From the NCBI RefSeq assembly GCF_001194135.2, contig NC_068998.1, forward strand, positions 53,390,927 to 53,454,926: a DNA stretch of 64,000 bases, in the 5' to 3' direction. This DNA comes from Octopus bimaculoides (Eukaryota). Positions 27,010 through 40,728 of the stretch are shown in pieces; position 1 is the first letter of the stretch; the number at the start of each line of letters is the position of its first letter. The notes under the pieces are model-generated. The model worked only from the letters and a program-made list of their open reading frames with translations. It made no database searches and had not been told where the DNA came from. The position numbers and the translations under genes were made by a program.

Positions 27010-27198
27010 AGGCTTACGATTATGATGCTGTGAGTTCGATACTCGGCCCCGGCTTTGTTGTATTCTTGAGCATGTTACTTTAGTTCACTTGGTTCCATTT
27101 CATTCAGCTGTGCAAAAGAGTTGCAAGGCCACTGGTGCCAAAATTTACTGGCCTTTGATCTTCTCTTGCGCAGCACCACTGGCATGGAGAGAGGAGGT
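27010..27198 (+). mobile_element. SINE family D-like, degenerate
   Basis: B-box-like GTGAGTTCGATACTCGG, then CTTGAGCATGTTACTTTAGTTCACTTGGTTCCATTTCATTCAGCTG, similar to 7255-7297. Confidence 0.6.
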
Positions 27199-30100
27199 TT
27201 CTGCTGCTGCTAATCTACGTTTTCGTTCTTGAACAAAACACAATATCTCATATTGCTCTGGGATCACTTCTACACTGTGCACCTATTTCGGAAAAAGTCG
27301 AGTTAATGAAGGCAGGGAGCTAACGTGCAGCATATACATTTGATAAATTTAAAGAAAACGTTCGGCTAAGCTGTTATAAGCGGTCTTCGACGAGAGAGTC
27401 TATCATGCGTATATATGTATGCTTATGTGTGTCTATATATATGTATGGATGAACGGATGTATCCCTTTTTATATAATTATTGAGCTGTGTCCTATGGGGA
27501 ACACCTAGGGATATTGATTTTGCGTTTTGTTTGTTGATCATTATTGAATAAATCAAGTCTTGACATGAAAGAACTTATGTCAACTGTTTTACGCTGTTTT
27601 ACATTTACGCTAACACATTGAGGAAGACAAACAGATTTTATTAGTAGTAGTATTATCACCATCACTATCATCATTATTAGCAATTGTAGTACTAGTAGAT
27701 TAGTAGGTGCAGCAGCTACGGCAGCAGCAGCAGCAGTAGTAGTATTAGTAGTGTACGTGTGCATGCTTACTGGTATGTACGTGTGTATGTAAATGCTGCG
27801 TTTACGTGCGTATGCGGGATATTGTGTATGGGTAGTTATTTTGGGTGTTTTAAATATTCTGATAATTATCCGAAACCATGTTCATACATTTAAGTTAACG
27901 AAGTTAAATTTCATCCAACTAATTATATTTGATGGCGGGAGAGGTGAATGGTTATATGATACATGGAATGGATTAATGGCGTCGAATTCTATGCTCAAAC
28001 TTCCATCTAAAACAAACTTGAACTTTTATCCATAAAATACATAACGGGTGTTACATACCTAACATAATGTGTATGCGTTCATTTTGTATTCATGCAATTG
28101 GCTATTTCCATGCCATAACTCTCCTTGATATTAAATCACCAGACTATGAAACTATCGCGACAGCATCAATAGCAAATGCAGAAATAAGCAAGTAACGTCT
28201 GATTGAAATCTTTAGAGATGAAGGTTAAAATGAATCACTACGTCACACGCTTAGAGCATTGACATATCTTTTTATCTTTGTTTCAATCTCAGACAAACTC
28301 TCAGTCGAGATTAAATATGTCCTTTTATTGCACAATTAACACAGAAGCACCGAATTTAATCACTGGCACAATCTATAATAATTCTAGAAGACTTAATATT
28401 TCAATGAATTCTTGGCCAAATCTATAGTGAAATTAATTATATTAGCCAGTGCTTAGACAAAAGTGGACAATGTTACCTTATCAAAAATGTTAGGAATAAA
28501 TAATCTGATTTATGGATTCATTAAATTACAAGTTATAAAATAAATCACTGCTTCATTTCAGTCTAAAAGAATATCTTTTGTCAGAGCAAAATTCATCCTT
28601 TTAAGAAAACCATATTCTAAGAAATATATTCTTTTCACTAACATAAATTTATGATTTATTGAAAGCGGCTTTTTCATAATATCTGCTTTGCATTTGACTT
28701 AGCATAAAGCAGGTTATTAACATTACATAGTGAAAAGCTACAAGAAGCGAAATACCAAAAAAAATTTGAAAATTACCTGGAATTAAATTGTTTTAAATTT
28801 TATAAAAATATATGGTAACTGTAATACTCTTTTACTGTAGGTGTTTTTATAATTCCTTTTGTGTAAATTCTGAATGTTATCACCAAATACATCAAAACAT
28901 AGCAAAAACTATCATTAATATATCTCATCATGACAAATTTTCAAATCATTTACACATCACATTATTTTAATATTTCCGGCATGCGTATAAAGCTAAAAAC
29001 AACACTTATTTTTATTACACATACAGCTTCATACCATCACAAACCTATATCTTCATTCTTGCACAATCACACATACACATCATAACATTTACGCTTAAGA
29101 AATGTTTTAGCGAGCAGTTCCTTATAAATCTATAGAGGAAAATTAAATTATATTAAACAGCAGTAACATTTTAAAAGTTAATTTTCAAAGTGAAGTTTTT
29201 ATTTTCTCTTTTGCTATCCTTTTATATATTTCTACATAGCTGCAACAGAAATTTAAAATTGCTTTCATTTTTTATTTTAATTCTCAAATAAATGTTGTTT
29301 GTGTCGATGGTTACAAGGTAAGACAAAATCTGTCATCTCAGAACTATAGCCACTGAGAAAGTCAATTATTAAATTAAAGAATTAATTGCTAGTACTTTGC
29401 TTTGCAACTGTAATATACTACCAAGTATATTAAAGGTTTACAAGTCAATATTGTATCTATCTTTTGTGTAAGCAATGCGATATTCTCATTTTATGTTTAC
29501 GTCTATCAGTTTTCTGTAGTACTCAGAGCTATTACAGTAATGTGTGACGTTTTGTATATCGCTATTTCAAGTGATATTGTACTTCCATCAGCACCACATC
29601 CAATTAACTAGCAACTATTCAACTATCCATGAACGCAATGCCTAAATACGTGGATATTTGATGGTTGCATGTGGTGCTGGTTAGAGAGCAATACCTCTTG
29701 AAATAGGTATATACATCCATCACCTATATTTTCTATCTTCGACTGCATTGTGTACAAATACATATTCGTATATGAAACGTCCTAAAATACATTGTTCGTT
29801 AAGGATTAATACGACCATGACAGATGTAGGTATGCCTTCTCATTCTAGACGCTTGGTTCCCTTGAATCTGTTCAATGCCTGAATGATCGGTGTTTAAACT
29901 CTGCATTACTTTCAGGAACCTTAAAAGGAATTTAGCACTCCTCTCAAGCCACCGGCCACGAGTTGCATTCTACAGTTTATCATGTGGCCAACACCACCAC
30001 TAAATCTCCGAAGTGGAAAAATTTTCTTTTTCCCCATAACATATTTGAGATATCAAGTGGCACGCCTCAAATGCATCCTTTATTTCGTACTCTATGTAAC

Positions 30101-30315
30101 GGAGTGAATGCAAAGATGACGCGTTACTCGTGCGAAGCGGGGCACCTTAGCAAGTTTACCTTGGCAAGAAGCTCTCCTCTACCTGTACACTTCAAGAAAA
30201 CATTCCAGAAATTTTGTGGTGGAGATAGCCGTCACGCTCACACTAAACATATATACATATACACATGCGTGTGTGTGCATATGTTTGCGTATGGAAACAT
30301 ACATACATACATATC

Positions 30316-30355
<40 letters not shown>

Positions 30356-31934
30356 TATACATACACACACACACATATATAAGTATGTATGTATATACAC
30401 GTAGATACATATGTTTCTAAATAAATGACTGTGTCTATAAATATATTTTGATACGTGTATATATGGGATAATATTTGTATTGTAAGAAATGTGTCTGTGT
30501 CGCTATGTATTTTCATGTTTTTCTAAATATTGTATAGTTAATGCGGGATCTATGCGAGAATTTGAATAAATTCGAAAATAGGAAGAGAGAGAGAAAGTGT
30601 GTATATGTGTGTGAGAGAGAGAGAGAGAGAGGTAGAGAAAGAGCGTGGATACAAAATGAGAATAAAAACTAGAAAGAAACATGGAAAGATATATAGAGAC
30701 TATGCTATAAACGGTGATCTGGAAAAGTAAACGAGAGCGAAGCAAATAGAGAGGAAAGAAGAAAGAGATAAGAAAAGAACGATAGAGAAATAAAATGGAA
30801 AAGTAGAAAAGATAGATGAAAGAGTAAAGAGTTAGCATGTGTCAGTTAATATAGAGAATTACAAGAGAAGAGTAGTGGTGTAAGGAGAGATGACACAAAG
30901 ACGAAGATTAAAACATGTCGGAGATTGAAGAAAATGGGAAGGAAGAGAATTAGAAAGAAGGAAACATAATTGTAAACCTGGCAGATGGTGCAAATAGAAA
31001 ATTATTCCGTTTTATTTTTTTGCCATTTATGCCCAAATAATTCCATTTCCGCAATGCCCTCCAAGAAGGCAAAGAAACACTCCAAGCAGGCTTTCTTCTG
31101 TCAGTCATGTGAAAACATCCATTTCACTGAATTAAGCAGCATTCTGGGAATAATTATCTGTAAAAAAAAAAGAGAGAAATATTCTATCAAGAATACATTC
31201 ATTATTCAATAAATGGTAACAGAAGAAAAGAATTCTCAAATAAACAACCAAGTAAATGAGAAAATATTGAGGGGGAAATTTGGAACACTTTCAGCGGTGA
31301 AAATAAAATACTATTGAAATCGTTTCAAATATGTGATGGATATTTCCGAAATAGTTTCAAAAACATTATTTAAAATTTTATTTAAAACGAGACGAAAAAT
31401 ACTGGGTAAATAAGGATTTAGAATTTTAAATGATCTTATTAAAACGATTGAATAAATAATTGATAATGTTATCATGAGGATAACGAAACAGCAGGTACAG
31501 GCATTATATATATCCATCTTAAAATCAAATTTGCTATTTAAACGCGTTGAAAAACATATATACAAACAGACACACACACACACACACATAAGTACGTATA
31601 TAATATAATATAATATAATATGTAGGAAACAAATCGTTTAAGACAATGGAGCTCGAAGTAGATGAAGCAATAAATTATAGGATGTAGAATATCGAGCTAA
31701 GAAAAAAAGAAATGGAAGGAAAATGTTGAAGCCTGCCGGTGGTATTCGAACTTATAACTTCTGTAACTATGACAGGCATTCTACTACTGAACAAAAAGAA
31801 TCCTTCGGATGTTTCCGATTTAGTTTTAATTTTTTTTTTTTCTAGCTAGAATTGTATGTTGTTTGCGTCTGAAGAATTTAGAAACTTAACAAACATGGCA
31901 TAAATCGTTTTCAACAACATCAACAACTCTAGAA

Positions 31935-32150
31935 TATTTCATTCTGCTTCTCTCTGGTTAGAGTCCTTATTTTTGCAACGTTCTCTTCGATTGTGCTGCA
32001 CAACGTTTCCCTTAGGGTAGGCCTTTCTCTCCCGAAACTTATTGTTTCTGAATTCAACATTGATGCTTCTGTAACCCTCCTTTTCTCTAGTTAGGTGTGT
32101 ATACACCGCGCGCCAACCGAGTTTTATCCCCGTGAAGAGATGGTTCACGA
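31935..32150 (-). mobile_element. Possible decayed mariner transposase N-terminal (HTH) fragment
   Basis: Two minus-strand frames give RAVYTHLTREKEGYRSINVE and FGRE...STIEENVAKIRTL, resembling mariner V..W..RFKEGRES and T.EENV.KIR.L. The spacing is imperfect and no TIR was found. Confidence 0.35.
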
Positions 32151-32873
32151 CATTTTATCCTCTGACCGTCATCGATGTTTGTGCTCCGCTGTAATTGCTG
32201 TCAGCGTGATTGAGGCATACAAACCACAACAACGCTGTAGGGTCTTGAACTTGTGGTGGTATAATCTGGATATCATTCTGGTAAAAGTGTCTCTTATCAG
32301 AATGTGAACAGACAAATATTATCTAACTTCGGTGATGGGAACTGTGTGTTATTTCATGGGAATCCCCAAATATAAATACGAAGAATAGAAGAGCATACCT
32401 GGCGTCGTTCATGTAGTAGCTGTGTATTGATTATTTTATAAATGACGAACCAAAAACAAATCCGTAAAAAAAGAAGAGGAAAATAAAAGAAGCAAAAGCT
32501 AGAATAAAATACAGAAAAACATTGAAGAAAAATTGAAATTTTTTCCAACTTTATATGACTGAGTTTGTAAAATGACTATTAAAATTAATGCGATTTCTTT
32601 TGCGAAATGACTATAAAAAATATAATTCACTTTTGAAATTATGATCAGATTTGAGACGTTAGGTAAACAGGGATCTAGAAATATNNNNNNNNNNNNNNNN
32701 NNNNNNNNNNNNNNNNNNNNNNNNNNNNNNNNNNNNNNNNNNNNNNNNNNNNNNNNNNNNNNNNNNNNNNNNNNNNNNNNNNNNNNNNNNNNNNNNNNNN
32801 NNNNNNNNNNNNNNNNNNNNNNNNNNNNNNNNNNNNNNNNNNNNNNNNNNNNNNNNNNNNNNNNNNNNNNNNN

Positions 32874-32920
<47 letters not shown>

Positions 32921-33243
32921 CATTCACACATATATCTGTACTCTGTGTGCGTGTGCGTGTGTGTGTGTGTGTGTGTCTGTGTCTGTGTGTGTGAAGGCAA
33001 TGTGGAAGTTCTTCATATCCATTAATTTGTTTGAGTAATCTACCAACCGTTTTAACCCTTCTAAATTTCTTTATATCTTACATCTGTGAATTTTTGAAGT
33101 TTGTATCTGATGTGCAAATTCAACTATTAAATAGAGCTAAGAAACATTTCTGGCTTAAATCAACAGACCAACTGCTAGCTAAGAGGTAAAACAAATTATT
33201 ATCAATGCTGGGTACATTTCATTTGATGGTCTGAATTAACATA

Positions 33244-33902
33244 CTGATTATACTTGAGTAACAGTTGATCCCTTGTAAAAGTCGACCCTCTATTTGTGGA
33301 CAAAGAGTCTGTATAAAGGTCGATCGTAGTATTTCACGAACGACAGGACAACATTTGTGGGTGAAGGTAGCGTATTATCCTGTGCGTGGATATAACACTG
33401 TTAGCAAAACATCATTTAATAGCGAGTACTACACATTTCTTGATGTGTTATACATCACCATTACTAAAAAATATGCACAAGATATGCTGAAAGACTGCAT
33501 ACTTCTTGAACCACAATAAACCATTCGTCATATTCTGGTTGTTTACAGGGTGAGACACGTGTTTCACCAACAGTACTATTGGCGAAAACTGGCAAGCACC
33601 ACTTTCTAAATTTGTACAATAGCATGACTTTGGTAAGCTTACAAACATTCAATTAATCGCTACCTTTATACTTTACTAGGGCGTGTGTTTTGAAACATAG
33701 AATTGGTAATATTACTGTAATTCATTGTGTTTTTATTTTTATTCGCTTACAGATCAGTTGGATTTCTGCTTCTGGAACAATATTTCGAATTTTAACTTGA
33801 ATTTCAGCCCCTCAAAAGTAGAATTCATACAAATAGTTGACCCCCACAAATTTGACATTAGAAAATGGTTTTAAAAATTCGACTTTTATAGAGTATATAC
33901 GG
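33244..33902. mobile_element. pogo/Tigger-like non-autonomous DNA transposon (MITE), about 660 bp
   Basis: Left end TA|CTGATTATACTTGAGTAACAGTTGATCCCTTGTAAAAGTCGACCC; right end TCGACTTTTATAGAGTATATACGG|CA. The degenerate TIRs and subterminal AAGTCGAC repeats fit the CCGTATATACTCG..TAAGTCGAC ends typical of pogo-like elements. Confidence 0.6.
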
Positions 33903-34256
33903 CATATCGTGACAGTGTATCTCTCGTGGTGTCATTAATACCTTGCACGGTATTGTTTCGTTGGTATTTTCATTTATATAACAGGAACGCAAAAGCAATT
34001 CTGACAATCTATTTCTATTGCTGAACAGTTACACATATTCGTAACAACGTAAGCAACAAAACCATAGCGGAAGCACATATGAGACGTACAAATTATAACC
34101 AGCAATTCAGGGACATGCTGTTCATAAAATACATGTGATGGTTTCCTCTCGTGAAGAGGAAATACAAGTATGGTTAAGCGTCAATTAGAGGATCAGAAAT
34201 GCGGAAAATAGCGTATAAGTTGGTGATGTGTACATTATTGTGGTTTTTAGCATGCA

Positions 34257-34299
<43 letters not shown>

Positions 34300-34390
34300 A
34301 TGCATACATGTGCGTGTGTGAGAGTGAGAGAGTGATGGTGNNNNNNNNNNGTGTGAGAGTGAGAGAGTGATGGTGTGTGTGTGTGGATGC

Positions 34391-34431
<41 letters not shown>

Positions 34432-34579
34432 CACAAACACGCACAGAGAACGATATAGATAGATAGAAGACCAGAGGTTAAAACAACAACAAAATCATTA
34501 AATCATTTTCATAATCATCGTGGTCATCATCATGGTCATCATCATCATCATCATCATCTCATCATCATCATTATTATCA

Positions 34580-34787
34580 AGGCGGTGGGCTGGCAGAACC
34601 GCTAGCGCGCCGAGCTAAATGCATAGCAGTATTTTCTCCGTCTTTGCGTTCTGTGTTCTGAGTTCGATTTTGCCTTTCATCTTTTCGGGGTTGATAATTT
34701 AGGTACCAGTGACATACCAGGGTCGACGTAATCAACTAGTACCCTCTCCACAAAAAGTGTCAGCCCCCGGGCCTTTAGTAGAAAGAA
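34580..34787 (+). mobile_element. SINE family B, near full length, degenerate
   Basis: AGGCGGTGGGCTGGCAGAACCGCTAGCGCG...TTTTGCCTTTCATCTTTTCGGGGTTGATAATTTAGGTACCAG...GTAGAAAGAATT; follows a (CAT)n tract. Confidence 0.8.
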
Positions 34788-37009
34788 TTCTTCTTATTGT
34801 TGTTGTTGAATACCTGGATACCTGGTCACAATCAGTTTCCTTAGATATCGGGGTCCTTTCTTACAATCCTTCCTGTTCCCATTATTACTATTGTTATTGC
34901 TGTTGTTATTGTTATTTTTATTGTTGTTATTGTTATTTTTATTGTTGTTATTGTTATATCGAATGTGTATCATCTTCAGTTATTACTTTTATTTACGGTC
35001 ACTGCCATAATACTTCTTCATATCACACTAAATATATTGCTTTAATATTGTACATGGTTTATATTTGCAACTTGGGATAGAATTAAACAGTCTTTGGAAA
35101 TATAATATCTCAGCGTTTTATTGCCTTTAGCTGAAATTGTTTCATATCGTATTTCTTGCAGTATGCGATTTTCATGCTGGACATAATAAGGCATTGCTTG
35201 ACCAAGCCAACATGTACTCTAGTGAAACTTAAGCAAACAGCGATAAATAGCGATTGATACTGTATATGTAATAAATGTTTAGTACTTATGAGCAAGGAAA
35301 TTGTCTTGGTCTTATACGAACACAGATATCTTTTCCTCCATGGAAGCGATTGGTCTGTTAATTTGATGTAATGAGCGTGGAAATATAGGAGAAAGTACCG
35401 TTGCTGCCAGTGCTGGAGTTCAGCGAATCTATTAGTAATTAATGATACATGAGTGTTACCCAGAGTGATGTATAAGTTCGAAGGAAGATAGTGAGTGATG
35501 GGATATGTATGTGTTGGTAGCTTATAGGTTAAAAGGAGGAAAAATGATGTTGCTAGAAAGCTAGAAATAACTGAGGTCTCAATCAAGCTGTAAATATGCG
35601 TAGAATGAAGGAAGAAAAGAAGTTTAGTAAATATGGAGTATTGGATAATCTGTTGGTCTGTTTGAGGATCATTTAGTTGTTTGATCAACGAAGGCGCTCG
35701 AGAGGAAATTAGAATATAAGGAAGCTGTATATTCCACAGATATTTCTATACTTTACATGGTTGTCCAGGATGATTCTGTGTGACAAGCGTATGAATACTA
35801 AAATTACGAAATACCGGAACAATGAGAAGAGAAAAAGCGGAAATGAGCGAGAGAAATAAAAGAGTATTAACAAAAAGGGATGAAATGACTCAAGTAGAAC
35901 GGATTATAATGTGTCCAGAAAAAGAGTGGAAAGCAATAACTCTGAGTATTGATTTCGTGTCAGTACAAATATTTAATTTTAGCTAAAGAAGATTTAGTTT
36001 GAACAAATTGCATTTTCTATAATCTGGCTACGGAATCTAAATCTCCATAAATAGTGATACAACACATCCAATCAAATAGGAGGTCTTAACATACAGAGAA
36101 ACTCAGAACTTCAGTTATTAAGTATGTGGTTCTTCAATTATTTTGCATTATTCTGGCAAGTAACGAACTTCAAGCATAACGGATTGTAAGTTATTTCCGC
36201 AACCGCTCTACTGGTTTTCCTGGCGCTGCCTCGAAACGATGAAATGTAATGATGCTCTACCTTCTTGTCGAGCCACAGACACATATATTTATACAGTAAA
36301 AACGGAAATGCAACATTTCTGCTTATGCAAGAGGTATTATTTACATGAAACCATAAAATTCTGGAGACAAGGCATTAAAAACATATTTATATAAGCTAGA
36401 GGCAAGCAAACGACATTACATGAAAGAGCACTAAAATATTTGCGATGGAAATAAAAATCGTTAGACGTGTCTGCAAGAAAAAAAAGACATACACTTAGTT
36501 TTCGATATCTAATTACATTTCTTGTTTCTTATTTTTTGTTTTTGTTTCCGTGAACAATTTTAATTTTCTTGAAAAAAACTTGTGATTAGTTTTAGTGTAC
36601 GTCGCTATATTCTTAAATGATCTTTCGGATTCACATTGTAATCCTATTAGGAGATACGTCTGCCATCTGTTCAACAATAACAAGACAAAAATGGAAGAAC
36701 CGCAAAAAGATTTAACAAAACAAAAAAATGGACAAAACAAATTAACGTTAGCCAAAGATGTAATAACTCAATAAAGAACCTATTATAGTAAAAGACAAGT
36801 AGAGAATAATTAGTGGTAGAAACGCTGTTGACAACAAACACGATATCTCATGACACAAAACTAAATGCCTGAGGAACGTTATTCTAAATGATGCGACATT
36901 AGGAAATGTGAATTCTGACGTTTCAAAGGAGGGTTAAGACCGAAAGTAACACAGTGCTCCTCTACTTTTGACAAATTGATGTATTTTACAACCAAAATTG
37001 TAATGTCCT

Positions 37010-37600
37010 GCGTTGCAGACACCAAAGAACGGAAATCAGTTAATAGAATTTCAGTCTGTTTGGGTATCAATTTTCTCTGTGTTCTCGAGCTCATTAGAGT
37101 GCAACTTAAATCCACTGGTATCTGTCGGAAACAGCTTTCTCTGCATCCGATCATTTGATATTGGCGTCTATCATATTGGTCTTGAATGTTCTGCGCCATG
37201 TAATTTTTTTCGGATTTCTTCTATCTTTTCCCTTCAGGTGGTGTCAATTTGAAAGCTGTTTAAGAACAGCAATACTTTAGTAGCCAGAGTATGTGACCCG
37301 CTAGCATTAATCCATGTTCTATGATGATTTCGCTGAGGAATCTTGTTTTGGCTCTCTTTATAATGTCTTCTTTGGTAATCTGGTTTTGCCAGTATGTTCT
37401 CATTATCCTTCTTAAGCATCTTTACTGGAATACGTCTAACACAGTGCTCTTCCATTTTACCTCTGGCATAGAGAACAGGTAGCAAATTTTATTATAGATC
37501 CAGACCGTTTCGTGTAGGACATCCCTACTCACATCTGTGCTGCTCTACAATACTTGTGATAGCGATTGTGTTGGCTGGTATTATTATTGTTGTGATTCGT
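37010..37600 (-). mobile_element. Decayed RTE-type LINE, 3' region
   Basis: Minus-strand frames give WIYNKI-LLPVLY, HCVRRI, TYWQNQITKEDIIKRAKTRFLSEIIIEHGLMLAGHILW and FRSLVSA. These match the RTE C-terminal pattern (LLYG..., CLRRIL, W.D.ITNEEVL.RA, RL..AGHI.R, WR.LV). Confidence 0.75.
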
Positions 37601-37767
37601 GCAGTACATAGTACAGAAAGATAGTGTTTGTAAATTAGAAATGGGATAGGTTAATGCGATAGATCGGGAGTGTCAGATATGCTCGGGTAGATGGATTCCA
37701 AAACAGCCTCTTCAAGACGTATGCATTCGAGAGATACCGAAGTAAAGAATGATTGATGTTCAGGTTA

Positions 37768-37878
37768 TCCGGCAGCGGGTGGTGACGAACTCTTTCAATA
37801 TAGCTTTCTCTCACTCTTTCTTCCTGTTTCTGTTCTACCCGTATTTCAAAGGGTTAGCCTTGTTACACACTGTGTCAC
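37768..37878 (+). mobile_element. SINE family A, middle fragment
   Basis: CTTTCTCTCACTCTTTCTTCCTGTTTCTGTTCTACCCGTATTTCAAAGGGTTAGCCTTGTTACACACTGTGTCAC is the reverse complement of 52356-52430. Confidence 0.8.
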
Positions 37879-38513
37879 CTTATGAGTTTATTTTATTTTT
37901 TTAATCCTTGTGCATTAATGCAGATTGCATGAATTCGTGTTACGTGTTGTGGCGCAATTCATGTTATATTTTGGAGCACAAAATCTTCTACATGAGGCCC
38001 TATAGATATGTAATTTGTAACTTGTAATAAGAAAATTTTCATGGGATATTTTCGGTTTTCTATTGCCTGCCTACAGTTTATAAAAAAAACTCTCTCTCTC
38101 TCTCATCAATTATAATAGTTTGCTTTTTAATTAAAACAGATTGTGTGATAATCTGAGAGTAAGAGACAAAATGACTGGAAGATAAGATTTAGGTGCGTTT
38201 ATGAAGACATAGAATTTAGATAGATTAAGTAAAAAAAAACACACAAATGTTTTTGCTCAAACTCAACAAGATATATATTATCAAACCAAATTAAATTAGT
38301 AAAGGATAGACAATAGTCTTTAACATACAAAAACTTAAAGAATATCCGTAGGTAATATATTTTAAAATAGATAAACACTTTCGTTATTTTGAGATCTATA
38401 AATTTTATCATATCGAGTTTCTTTCTACCGTTTGTTAGTAGTTCAGTAGTTTTTTATAAGTAAAGAGAAAAATTGTTGCCCACGTCATTACCGATTGCAA
38501 ATACATATACATG

Positions 38514-38568
<55 letters not shown>

Positions 38569-39189
38569 GCATGATGAATGTAAGCATGTATACGTACACA
38601 TGCCTATATGTGTATAAAAGAAAGATACAGAGAAGCAGACGCGGTGTGTGGGAGAGAGAGAAAGTCAGNNNNNNNNNNNNNNNNNNNNNNNNNNNNNNNN
38701 NNNNNNNNNNNNNNNNNNNNNNNNNNNNNNNNNNNNNNNNNNNNNNNNNNNNNNNNNNNNNNNNNNNNNNNNNNNNNNNNNNNNNNNNNNNNNNNNNNNN
38801 NNNNNNNNNNNNNNNNNNNNNNNNNNNNNNNNNNNNNNNNNNNNNNNNNNNNNNNNNNNNNNNNNGCAATTCATTTTCCAAAGCTTCTATTAAGAACAAC
38901 ATTATTTACGCATTAATTCTGAAAAAGACGAAAAATCGTTTTTAGTATGGTAATTACATGACACCAGGTTAAGACAGTGAAAATAACCTTCTCTAAATAT
39001 TATTAATTATCTTTGATAGACAATTATGGCATATATTTTCATTGAAAACTATCCATTCGGTATACATTTTCCTTAATTAATTTCAAAATTCATACCCAAT
39101 CACAGAGTTTCTTTTACATCACGTGAAAAGTTAAGGAAACTTTCGTTTCAATTCTTACTAGTTCATGTATAAAATATGTCTTAATATAT

Positions 39190-39234
<45 letters not shown>

Positions 39235-39331
39235 TAATTATAAGTGTAATTAAAAATATGCATATATCTGCATATGTATATATACGTATTGAAATATAAA
39301 AATAAGCACCTCTCTTCCTCAGTCTCTCTCC

Positions 39332-39377
<46 letters not shown>

Positions 39378-39764
39378 AGAGAGAGAGAGAGAGAAAGTTA
39401 TGGCCAATGATTTAGGCAAATACCGTTTCTTTTTTTTTGCTATTCCGTGTGGAAAATGTGAACGTTGATGATTTAATATTATTTTAACAGGTTAAATTAT
39501 TGCCGAATTGGTTATATTTCCTACAAGTGCAAATCGCATTCGTCCTCATAACTTCAAGCTGAAATCGCACGCAAACTAAATAATTAATAACCGGAACAGT
39601 ATCATTTTTAATTAAAGAATGCTTTTTTCTTCACAAAAGCTTCAAATTTTCTTTTCTATTATTGTAGGGATCGTATTGGCAGAAGAAAAACATCAGTAAA
39701 TAAATTGTTCCACGAAAATGGCCTAACAATGGCCTAGATTAAATCTTTTAATTGATAGTCGTAG

Positions 39765-39875
39765 GACTGCGGCCATGCTGTAGCACTGTCTTGAAATTGA
39801 CTTTCTTTGAACCAGTCGAACACAGAACTTATTCTATACAAACTTCTAGTTGAACTACTAGTTACGTGGTAACAA
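39765..39875 (-). mobile_element. SINE family C, 3' fragment
   Basis: GACTGCGGCCATGCTGTAGCACTG matches 5357-5380. Confidence 0.55.
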
Positions 39876-40273
39876 ATTTACACGCAAGCACGCATGCATG
39901 CACCCACCCACACACGCACGCACGCACACACAATCACACACACATTTATTTCAAGTTTTAGGAGATTCATGAAGGGGCTTTGTTTCTGCAGACCATGTCA
40001 TTCATCAATTAATTGAGCTATCTATTATTCACATTTCAGATAATTGATATACAATATCAGATTTGGCAACGAGAATATACATGACGAAAGCCAAAAAACA
40101 AAGAAATATGCGAAACAATGTACTTTTATATAGAATATACGCTGTTCATTATCAATAAATTAAAGATATTTAATTAAAGATATGAATGTACTTTTTAAAA
40201 AGTATCGGGAAAGGTGCAGTAGGCTATTGTAAGGATTTATCCTCGAAAAGGCATACTAATGTTTCGCCCTCAT

Positions 40274-40346
<73 letters not shown>

Positions 40347-40534
40347 ATACGTGTGTGTGTGTGTGTGTGTGCGGGCGTGCGTGCGTGCGTGCGTCCGAGC
40401 TGTGTGTGTTTACTGCTTATGTTGAGATACGGTTTGAATTCATGAAGCTATTTCTAAGCCGAATAACAGCCTCTTCCTACACTTCATAGAAACAAGTATT
40501 TGTGGCAGAAACTAACATGTCGACACGTATTCAT

Positions 40535-40565
<31 letters not shown>

Positions 40566-40698
40566 CACACACGCATACATTTTCTCTTTTAACTTTTGAC
40601 ATTTTTCTACGTGGGGCCTTGGCTCTATTGGTGCACTGTAGGTAATAACTGTGAATAAGCGCTTCTCTATATCAATAACCAAACTGGAAATCACTTAC

Positions 40699-40728
40699 AT
40701 AGTAGCAAACAGCTCCAGGGTTAAAAAC
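40699..40728 (-). CDS. Candidate 30-nt internal exon, unknown protein
   Basis: Acceptor CTACAAATCTGTAG|G and donor TAT|GTAAGT. Open in phase 2 (xFLTLELFAT), compatible with the candidate at 41201-41229. Confidence 0.25.

Noticed and set aside
31731-31792. tRNA-like sequence on the minus strand (GTTCAGTAGTAGAATG...GTTCGAATACC)
   Set aside because: No acceptor or anticodon stem pairing; at most a decayed SINE head, not a tRNA gene.
34709-35080. 123-aa ORF with a Cys/Tyr-rich run
   Set aside because: It starts in a SINE and the C/Y run is a (TGT/TAT) trinucleotide repeat.
35110-35688. Longest gap-free ORF (192 aa, minus strand)
   Set aside because: Non-ATG start, atypical composition and no domain. 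The plus strand shows faint RTE-like motifs (LHGSDWSV, VKRRK, LINEG), so it is probably an antisense shadow.
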